Assembly: GCA_028278455.1 (NCBI GenBank)
Contig: JANQEH010000308.1
Location: 13,491 to 77,490 of the forward strand
Source: a bacterium
GTDB lineage: Bacteria; SM23-31
Direction: 5' to 3'
DNA: 64,000 nt
The notes beneath the pieces were generated by a model. The model had not been told where the DNA came from, ran no database searches, and saw nothing but the letters and a program-made list of their open reading frames with translations. Position numbers and translations under genes: made by a program. Below are positions 57,354-64,000 of the stretch, piece by piece (position 1 is the first letter of the stretch; each line of letters begins with the position of its first letter).

Positions 57354-58604
57354 GTGGGAGGAGATATGCTGAATTACATTTCCCATATTAAAATAAACCG
57401 GTTATTGATTGTTTGGTCAAGTCTTATAGTGTTTATTGCCGGGCAGTCTGAAGCTGGAGCACAGACGGCCCGGCAGGATCGAATAATTCATAATGGTAAT
57501 AAAGGGCTCTGGGGAAATAATCCAAAGGCAGCACTGGTTTTTATAAATAAGATCGGAAGCTTTGACAGCAGAGATGAGAACTATAACTTCTATGTACCAT
57601 CGGATATTGTGGTTGATAAGAACGGTAACATTTATATTCTCGACACAGGTAACCACCGGATACAGAAATTTGATATGTCCGGAAAATATCTTGCAACCTT
57701 AGGTGAAAAAGGACAGGGGCCGGTTGAGTTTAATATGCCCTATTCGTTGGATATAGATGATGAAAACAGGCTGATTATATGTGATCAGGGAAATCTCAGG
57801 ATTCAAGTATTAAACACTGACGGGAAAAGCATTGAAACTGTGAATTTCAGCCATTCGATCGGGACTATCAGGCAGTTTTCGACGGGAGATATACTTATGG
57901 GCGGAGCAGGCATGTTTTCTGGACTGTTACCCGGCAGCGAACTTGAAGAGCAGCCTGGACTCGTCAGACTATTCACCGGAAGAGGCGAATCGAAGGGTAC
58001 TTTCGGAATCCCCCTTAATTATAATGATATTATGCTTAATCTTCAGGGAAATAAATTTCATTTTACAATTGATAAATATGATAATGTTTATCTTGCTTTT
58101 AACTACCAGAACAGGATCGATAAGTACTCTCCAGAAGGTGAACTTCTGCTTAAAATAGACAGGAAGCTTAATTACGATACAACTCCGCCTCTGCCGGATA
58201 AAGACAATCTGGATGTTTCGAGCACCGGAGCAGGAAGGCGTGTAACTATGATGCTTCCGCATATGAAAGATGTTTCAAGCGGTATAGCCGTTGATTCCAA
58301 GGATAGAATCTGGGTAGTGACCGCGAAAAGGCAGATCAGTAAGAATGAGAGAATTTTTCAGAATTACAATGTCAATACCGGCGGTTCAGGTCACAGGGAT
58401 CTTGATATCAAGGTCTTCGGGAATACTGAAATAACCGAGACCGATATGTATGAATTGCAGATATTCAGAAAAGACGGAAAACTGTTATGGAAATTACCAT
58501 TGGACCATTTTGCGGACGACATCAGGATTTTTAATGACAGGTTGTTTATTCTTGACAAATACAGAGGAATGAATTATTACGAGTACAGAATTGTAGATAG
58601 ATAG
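57354..58604 (+). CDS. Secreted NHL-repeat 6-bladed beta-propeller protein, tandem paralog 3 of 3
   Basis: Signal peptide. Motifs …GNIYILDTGNHRIQKFDMSG…, …LIICDQGNLRIQVL… and the C-terminal RGMNYYEYRIVDR. Confidence 0.7.
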   Translation: MGGDMLNYISHIKINRLLIVWSSLIVFIAGQSEAGAQTARQDRIIHNGNKGLWGNNPKAALVFINKIGSFDSRDENYNFYVPSDIVVDKNGNIYILDTGNHRIQKFDMSGKYLATLGEKGQGPVEFNMPYSLDIDDENRLIICDQGNLRIQVLNTDGKSIETVNFSHSIGTIRQFSTGDILMGGAGMFSGLLPGSELEEQPGLVRLFTGRGESKGTFGIPLNYNDIMLNLQGNKFHFTIDKYDNVYLAFNYQNRIDKYSPEGELLLKIDRKLNYDTTPPLPDKDNLDVSSTGAGRRVTMMLPHMKDVSSGIAVDSKDRIWVVTAKRQISKNERIFQNYNVNTGGSGHRDLDIKVFGNTEITETDMYELQIFRKDGKLLWKLPLDHFADDIRIFNDRLFILDKYRGMNYYEYRIVDR

Positions 58605-58628
58605 AAATTCATTTCTACCACCTAAAAG

Positions 58629-58657
58629 CCCTCATAATTTATTATGGGGGTTTTTTA
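58629..58657 (+). terminator. Rho-independent terminator after the NHL triplet
   Basis: CCCTCATAAT-tt-ATTATGGGGG stem (one G·U pair) followed by TTTTTT. Confidence 0.7.
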
Positions 58658-58757
58658 TTTGTCATGTAGAGAAATACATTGTATATTGATTCTCGAAGAA
58701 TATTGAAACCGGATACGATCTATGTCGTATCCTGAAAGGATTATATAAAAATAAAAA

Positions 58758-59240
58758 ATGGAGCAAGCTATGAAAAGAAAACCTTTAGTATTATCTGTTT
58801 GTGTAGTAATATGCGCTGCGATGTTCTTCTCTCTAACAGGTTTTATCTCTTATAAAGCTGAAGAGGATGCTGTCAAAAAGGTGATTACAGCATCATATTT
58901 TAACGGTGCTTTTAACGATTTGGACACAAAGGCGATGGCAAAAGGATTCCATGCTGATTTTGCCATTTATTCAGCAAAAGGGGAAGACATCAGTAAATAT
59001 CCCATAAAAACATGGATCAACAATATAGAATCCCGTAAAAAAAGAGACGATTTTGATCCGGCCGGATCAAAAATGGACTGTCGAATTCTTGAAGTCGATG
59101 TTACAGGCGGAGCGGCGAATGCAAAAGTTGATATGCATAAGAACGGGACGAAGATTTATACAGATTATCTTCTACTTCTGAAATTTGACAGCGGTTGGAA
59201 GATTGTGGGAAAGGTATATCACCAGCACGGTAACAGATAA
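58758..59240 (+). CDS. NTF2-like fold protein (putative lumazine-binding/SnoaL-like family), membrane-anchored or secreted
   Basis: N-terminal hydrophobic segment. The C-terminus …ILEVDVTGGAANAKVDMHKNGTKIYTDYLLLLKFDSGWKIVGKVYH matches the pattern of the NTF2-like 'lumazine-binding' family. Confidence 0.45.
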   Translation: MEQAMKRKPLVLSVCVVICAAMFFSLTGFISYKAEEDAVKKVITASYFNGAFNDLDTKAMAKGFHADFAIYSAKGEDISKYPIKTWINNIESRKKRDDFDPAGSKMDCRILEVDVTGGAANAKVDMHKNGTKIYTDYLLLLKFDSGWKIVGKVYHQHGNR

Positions 59241-59255
59241 AATACTCGATAACAA

Positions 59256-59283
59256 AGCCTCTGCAATTATGCAGGGGCTTTAT
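59256..59283 (+). terminator. Probable rho-independent terminator
   Basis: AGCCTCTGC-aattat-GCAGGGGCT stem followed by a T-rich tail (TTTATAT). Confidence 0.5.
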
Positions 59284-59431
59284 ATGTCTCTTACTATTTT
59301 CCAAAAAAAATATTGAACTTTTAGTATTATTTAGATTATATTACCCCTAATCAGGAGTTTTGCAGCCCCGGTTACTTCCAGTATTTCTATTCGCATTATT
59401 AATATACTAAAAATAAGCAGGGGATGGATTT

Positions 59432-62400
59432 ATGATCAAAATTGCCAAAGGAATCATTGCGCCGCCTGTTTTTGACAATGAAGAACAGAACAGAACACTT
59501 GCAATCCTGAATGTCCTCCTTTTTGCCTCTCTCAGTGTATTATTAGTAAGGATGATCTCTTTTGTTTTTCTCGAAAGTGTTGAAAAATATGAGTTATACA
59601 CTGTACCGCTTCTCGTGTTAGGTGTTATTTTCGCAATAGTCATTGCAAGAAAAGGTTATGTTCATACAATTTCTTTTCTTTTGATCTGGTCACTCTGGAT
59701 TAGGGCTACATTCAGATTTTTCGGGTATGATATAGCAGGACTAATAAATATAGGAATTGCAGGTTATTACATTATCCTGATTGCTGCTGAACTTCTCCTC
59801 GGCAGAAGATCGCTTGTGTTCTTTACAATTCTGACATTCCTTACAATGACCGGAATATATTTTGCCGGGACAAATGGGATTATTCTTCCTGAAAACAATC
59901 CTATAGACAGTCCGAATATTCTTATTGCATATTCAGTAAACCTTATAATTCTGGTGTTTTTTCTTAATGAGCACCAAAAAAGAATATCCTCAACAAGAGA
60001 CTATAATCGATCCCGTACTATGCTGCAGTTGGTACTTGACAATATTCCCCAGTTCGTTTTCTGGAAAGACAAAGAATCAGTATATCTCGGCTGCAATAAG
60101 AATTTTGCGCGAGCTGCAGGTGTTGAAAGTACGGAAGAAATCGTAGGGAAAAAGGATCATGAACTTGCCTGGAAGAAAGAAGAGGCAGATTTCTTCTTAG
60201 AATGCGACCGGAGGGTTATGGGTAATAATAAGGGTGAGTATCATATAATTGAGCCACAATTACAGGCAGACAGTAAGCAGGCGTGGCTAGATACTAACAA
60301 GATACCGCTTCATGACTCATCAGGCAATGTCGTCGGTATACTAGGTACATATGAAGATATAACTGACAGAATCGAAACAGAGAAGCTTCTCAGCGAAAAT
60401 GAGAAGAAATACAGAACGCTCATTGAAAACATAAATGTCGGAATATACAGGACTATTTCGAATCCGGAAGGTAAATTTCTCCACGTCAATCTGGAATTCG
60501 TTAAAATGCTCGGATATGATTCAGTTGATGAATTGCTTGAAATTAAAGTTGAAGATACCTACGAGGAGCCGGAAAAACGAAAAGAGATATTGGAACTAAT
60601 CAAACAGCATGGATTTTTTAAAGATATTGAACTGAGACTCAAACGTAAAGACGGAACTATAATCTGGACGGAAATATCCGGATCGCTTCAGAAAGACGAA
60701 GAAGGTATAGAATACATTGACGGTATAGTAGTTGATATCACGAACAGAAAACTGACAGAACTGGCGCTGGTCGAAACAGAGGATAAACTCATGACAGTCG
60801 CTCAGAATTTACCAGTAATTGTCTGGTCAGCGAATAAAGACGGGATACTGCTGCTATCAGAAGGGAAAGGGCTTGAATCACTGGGACTAAAACCCGGTGA
60901 GAATGTTGGAAAATCATTATTTGACCTTTATGGAGAATTACCGGATTTGAATGCCAGTTTGAATAAGGTATATTCAGGGAAAGCTGTGAATATAAATGTT
61001 AATATTGGAAAAGCGTATTTCGAGGCCTGGGCTTCACCTTTGCTTGATGAAAGGGGAAAAGTAAGGGGAGCTTCGGGTTTATTATTGGATATAACTGCCA
61101 GGAGGAAGGTTGAAGAGGCCCTATTAGAAACAGAAACAAATTATAAGAGCCTTTTTGAAAATGCCAATGACGCAATAATAATAATAGAACCTGAATCAGG
61201 AAGAATCCTTGAAGCAAATAAAATAGCACTGGAATTATATGGATATGATCATGAAGTAATTATTGAAAAATCCCTTTTTGATCTCTGTAAAGACAGCTCC
61301 AGTATCAGGGAAAGGATAGCAACTCTTATTCAGGGTACCAAGCTCGGCAACTTCGAAACCGTTCAATATGACATTGAGAATGAGGAGATAGAATTACTCG
61401 TCAACGCTTCACTTATTGAATATGAAGGAAGATCCGCGATTTTGAGTATTCATCATGATATTACTGAGATTAACAGGATGCGGGATCAATTGAACAGGTC
61501 TCAGAAGATGGAGTCTTTAGGGCGTCTTGCAGGGGCTGTAGCGCATGATTTAAACCACATTTTGACAGGTCTTGTAACCTATCCGGACCTGCTCTTGCTG
61601 GATATAGACAAAAACGATCCATTCCGTTCAAAAATTGAATCAATAAAGAAATCAGGACAGAGGGCAGCAGAACTTGTGCAGGATCTTCTGACCATGGCAA
61701 GAGGTGGGATCGTTAATACAGAAACTGTAAACCTTAACGATATAATTACCGAATTTCTGGGTTCTACCGAAGTGAAGCAGATGAAAAAATCAAAAGCCGA
61801 TATCTCTATCGATATTGGGCTGGAACCGTTTCTAAAGGATATAGAATGCTCAAAGATCCAAATGCTGAAGGTACTTTACAATTTATTTTTTAATGCGGTT
61901 GAAGCAATGCCCGGTGAGGGCAGAATATATATATCTACATCAAATAAATCGGTTACCAATCATGTTAAAGGGTATGATGATATCCCATCGGGAAATTATG
62001 TCGTACTAAGTGTTTCCGATACTGGAACAGGGATCAGCAATGAAGATATCCAGTATATTTTTGAACCGTATTTCTCCAAGAAAGTCCTTGGAAGAAGCGG
62101 ATCCGGTATAGGTTTGTCGGTTGTATGGAATGTTGTAAAGAATCTAAACGGATTTATTGACGTTCGCAGTGAGATCGAAATGGGGACAGTTTTTGACCTT
62201 TATATACCTTCGGCAAGGATGAAGAAGGGGGCTGCTGATGATATTCCGGACCTCGTAGATCTTTTTGGAAACGGTGAGACGATTCTATTGATAGATGATG
62301 AACCTGAGCAGAGAGAGATTGGGGTATTCCTGCTTAGTAAGCTGAATTACAGACCATTTGAATCGTCCAGCGGGGAAGAGGCAGTAGAATTTCTGCAACA

Positions 62401-62635
62401 AAACAGGATCGACCTTCTTTTGATCGATATGCTTCTTGGTTCAGGTATAGACGGATTGGAGACATTTAAAAGAACGCTCGAGATAGTACCGGATCAAAAA
62501 GCTATAATTGTTAGTGGTTTCTCAGGATCAGATAAGATAAAACAGGCCCAGGAACTGGGAGCAAAAGGTTTTATCAGGAAACCTTTCACGATAAAAGAAA
62601 TTGGTGAAAAAATCAAAAAAGTACTTCAGGTTTGA
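59432..62635 (+). CDS. Multi-PAS hybrid sensor histidine kinase with a C-terminal receiver domain
   Basis: N-terminal multi-TM sensor region, at least three PAS/PAC modules, the HisKA H-box (…[16 protein letters not shown]…), HATPase_c (…DTGTGI…GSGIGLSVV…), and a receiver domain (…LLIDDEPEQ…DLLLIDMLL…IIVSGF…). Confidence 0.9.
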   Translation: MIKIAKGIIAPPVFDNEEQNRTLAILNVLLFASLSVLLVRMISFVFLESVEKYELYTVPLLVLGVIFAIVIARKGYVHTISFLLIWSLWIRATFRFFGYDIAGLINIGIAGYYIILIAAELLLGRRSLVFFTILTFLTMTGIYFAGTNGIILPENNPIDSPNILIAYSVNLIILVFFLNEHQKRISSTRDYNRSRTMLQLVLDNIPQFVFWKDKESVYLGCNKNFARAAGVESTEEIVGKKDHELAWKKEEADFFLECDRRVMGNNKGEYHIIEPQLQADSKQAWLDTNKIPLHDSSGNVVGILGTYEDITDRIETEKLLSENEKKYRTLIENINVGIYRTISNPEGKFLHVNLEFVKMLGYDSVDELLEIKVEDTYEEPEKRKEILELIKQHGFFKDIELRLKRKDGTIIWTEISGSLQKDEEGIEYIDGIVVDITNRKLTELALVETEDKLMTVAQNLPVIVWSANKDGILLLSEGKGLESLGLKPGENVGKSLFDLYGELPDLNASLNKVYSGKAVNINVNIGKAYFEAWASPLLDERGKVRGASGLLLDITARRKVEEALLETETNYKSLFENANDAIIIIEPESGRILEANKIALELYGYDHEVIIEKSLFDLCKDSSSIRERIATLIQGTKLGNFETVQYDIENEEIELLVNASLIEYEGRSAILSIHHDITEINRMRDQLNRSQKMESLGRLAGAVAHDLNHILTGLVTYPDLLLLDIDKNDPFRSKIESIKKSGQRAAELVQDLLTMARGGIVNTETVNLNDIITEFLGSTEVKQMKKSKADISIDIGLEPFLKDIECSKIQMLKVLYNLFFNAVEAMPGEGRIYISTSNKSVTNHVKGYDDIPSGNYVVLSVSDTGTGISNEDIQYIFEPYFSKKVLGRSGSGIGLSVVWNVVKNLNGFIDVRSEIEMGTVFDLYIPSARMKKGAADDIPDLVDLFGNGETILLIDDEPEQREIGVFLLSKLNYRPFESSSGEEAVEFLQQNRIDLLLIDMLLGSGIDGLETFKRTLEIVPDQKAIIVSGFSGSDKIKQAQELGAKGFIRKPFTIKEIGEKIKKVLQV

Positions 62636-62639
62636 TAAG

Positions 62640-63011
62640 CTAATCTGGAATATCAAAAGGACAAAGCTGGTAAACAGCATTGTAGAATTTCGATTCTTCT
62701 ATAGGTTTTGCAAGGAAACCTCTTGCGCCGATCTTGCTTAGTTTCATGATTTTATCTTTTGTAAGGAATCCTGAGACAATTAATGTTGGCTGCTGCCTGC
62801 TGAGTTTATTAAGTATATTGAGAACTTGTTCACCATCGAGACCCGGCATCTTCAGGTCAAGAAGTATTACATCGTAGCTGTTTTTTTTTGCCATTTTAAT
62901 TCCGTCCCATCCATCTTCAGCTTCCTCGACGATAAATGAGACTTTTCTCAACATATCACCAAATAAATTTCTACTCGTAATATCATCATCAATTATTAAT
63001 GCAGACTTCAT
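62640..63011 (-). CDS. Single-domain CheY-like response regulator
   Basis: …LIIDDDITSRNLF…YDVILLDLKMPGLDG…LIVSGF…; 123 aa. It is convergent with the hybrid kinase, with a 4-bp gap. Confidence 0.85.
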   Translation of the reverse strand: MKSALIIDDDITSRNLFGDMLRKVSFIVEEAEDGWDGIKMAKKNSYDVILLDLKMPGLDGEQVLNILNKLSRQQPTLIVSGFLTKDKIMKLSKIGARGFLAKPIEESKFYNAVYQLCPFDIPD

Positions 63012-63261
63012 TAGGACTCCAATTATTCGAGATGCAAATCAAATCTAATAAATTGTTTCAGTCAAAACAATTATTTTTTCATCATTTTTTGCTAATAGTA
63101 ATATCCACTCATTTACAGTCTGTATTCAATAATTATTACTTACTGCTGAAATAATAAAACATACTGAATTCAAGAACGTATTTAAAATTACTGGAATATT
63201 TTTGTTCCAGTGATTAATTTACAGTATTGGTCTTACCTGAAAGAACAAACGGATTAAATAT

Positions 63262-64000
63262 TTGCTGTTCAATTACCTGAAAATAGCTTTAAGGAACATT
63301 AAAAAGCATAAGGTATATTCCTTCGTCAATATATTCGGGCTCTCTTTGGGGATAGGATGCTGCATCCTGATCTTCCTATATGTTTTAGATGAATTGAGTT
63401 ATGACAGATTTCATGAAAACTCAGGAAGAATATATAGACTTCTGGAGGAGATCCAGTTAAGGAACAGGAAATACACACCATCTGCGATCCCTGCTCCGAT
63501 CGGTATTGTGATGAAGGATGAGTATCCCGAAATTATTAACTGCGTCAGATTATTCAGGCTTCCGAATGAAGAGAAGACAGTAATCCGGATAGGATCAGAA
63601 AGATTTGAAGAGGCAGGTCTGCTTTTTGCCGATACAACATTCTTCAGAGTATTCGATTTCACGTTTATTAATGGTTCTTCAAGAAATGCTCTTGCAGATC
63701 CAAATTCAGTTATCTTGACAAAGGAGATTGCAGAAAAGTATTTTGGTGATGAAGATCCGATCGATAAAAGGATCAGTATTAAAAATGAGTTTGACCTGAC
63801 AGTGTCCGGAGTTGTGGATAATATTCCGGGTAACTCTCATTTCAAGTTCAGTATTCTTTTGCCTGTTGAACTTGTCAGCGACCTTTATAATCCGCATTCA
63901 TTAAATGACTGGCAGGATAATTTATTTTATACATATCTTTTGCTGGGTGAAAATGCAGATGCAAATGCTCTTGAAGAAAAATTTGATGATTTCATCAGGC
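63262..64000 (+). CDS. FtsX/MacB-type permease (fifth ADOP-like paralog), 3' end truncated by the window edge. It lacks the ~70-aa N-terminal extension of the other four.
   Basis: My own translation from TTG 63262: LLFNYLKIALRNIKKHKVYSFVNIFGLSLGIGCCILIFLYVLDELSYDRFHENSGRIYRL… parallels MFKNYLKIAFRNILRHKGYSFINIAGLSVGMAVSILIFSY…SYDRHHSKADRIYRV of paralog 2. There is an in-frame stop at 63238, so no upstream extension is possible. Confidence 0.65.
   Translation, partial: MLFNYLKIALRNIKKHKVYSFVNIFGLSLGIGCCILIFLYVLDELSYDRFHENSGRIYRLLEEIQLRNRKYTPSAIPAPIGIVMKDEYPEIINCVRLFRLPNEEKTVIRIGSERFEEAGLLFADTTFFRVFDFTFINGSSRNALADPNSVILTKEIAEKYFGDEDPIDKRISIKNEFDLTVSGVVDNIPGNSHFKFSILLPVELVSDLYNPHSLNDWQDNLFYTYLLLGENADANALEEKFDDFIR

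Noticed and set aside
59407-59643. 78-aa minus-strand ORF overlapping the histidine-kinase start
   Set aside because: Antisense shadow ORF. The kinase reading frame is strongly supported by domain content.
63411-63897. Minus-strand ORFs 63411..63662 and 63706..63897
   Set aside because: They overlap, antisense, the clearly homologous FtsX-type permease N-terminus on the plus strand, which was not listed in the track because it lacks a stop within the window.
1-64000. CRISPR arrays, tRNA/rRNA genes, IS elements and integrases
   Set aside because: Reading both strands shows no periodic short direct repeats, no tRNA-like T-arm/acceptor motifs, and no transposase- or integrase-like ORFs. The intergenic repeats found are short operator-like dyads only.

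Overview
This is a gene-dense chromosomal window of about 39% GC with no rRNA, tRNA, CRISPR array or transposase that I could recognise. The gene content points to an uncultivated bacterium of the Fibrobacteres-Chlorobi-Bacteroidetes (FCB) type. The supporting genes are an archaeal/eukaryotic-type prolyl-tRNA synthetase, a giant SprA-like type IX secretion (T9SS) protein, duplicated-FtsX 'ADOP' permeases, BlaI/BlaR1, and a bacterial-microcompartment (BMC) PduS/PduT pair. Positions 1-35000 are almost entirely on the minus strand and 35000-64000 mostly on the plus strand.

Housekeeping genes are ybeY, a 7TM-HD (PgpH-like) membrane receptor, acyl-CoA dehydrogenase, proS, a CorC/HlyC transporter, a GH57 glycoside hydrolase and an M28 peptidase.

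The most unusual content is a set of tandem paralogous gene families, each placed behind a dedicated small repressor:
1. A GntR(YtrA-like)-ABC ATPase operon carries four tandem paralogous ~220-aa permeases, an ABC-2 permease and a stand-alone OmpR-type winged helix. A GntR-HTH/GAF/PP2C phosphatase fusion lies just upstream, and its HTH is paralogous to the operon's GntR.
2. A PadR regulator sits 1 nt upstream of four translationally coupled ~870-aa duplicated-FtsX permeases with no ATPase. A fifth FtsX-type permease gene begins at the window's right edge.
3. A BlaI/BlaR1 (M56) pair is followed by three tandem secreted NHL-repeat beta-propeller paralogs. A near-identical TTACTAC-N5-GTAGTA dyad lies upstream of blaI and, as a perfect 13-bp inverted repeat, immediately upstream of the first propeller gene. 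A fourth, more divergent paralog sits about 40 kb to the left, where its stop overlaps the start of a DinG/XPD helicase.
4. That helicase carries an N-terminal RadC-type JAB (HNHPSG...PS..D) domain, an unusual fusion.
5. An orphan PduS-like flavo/Fe-S protein and a PduT-like tandem BMC shell protein occur with an AhpD-like protein and a methyltransferase but no other shell or signature-enzyme genes.

Other observations are a GC3-rich 68-aa cysteine-rich ORF downstream of sprA, a thermonuclease whose signal-peptide-like N-terminal extension lacks a start codon, PadR-proximal direct repeats, and an ECF sigma/anti-sigma/ABC/lipoprotein module.
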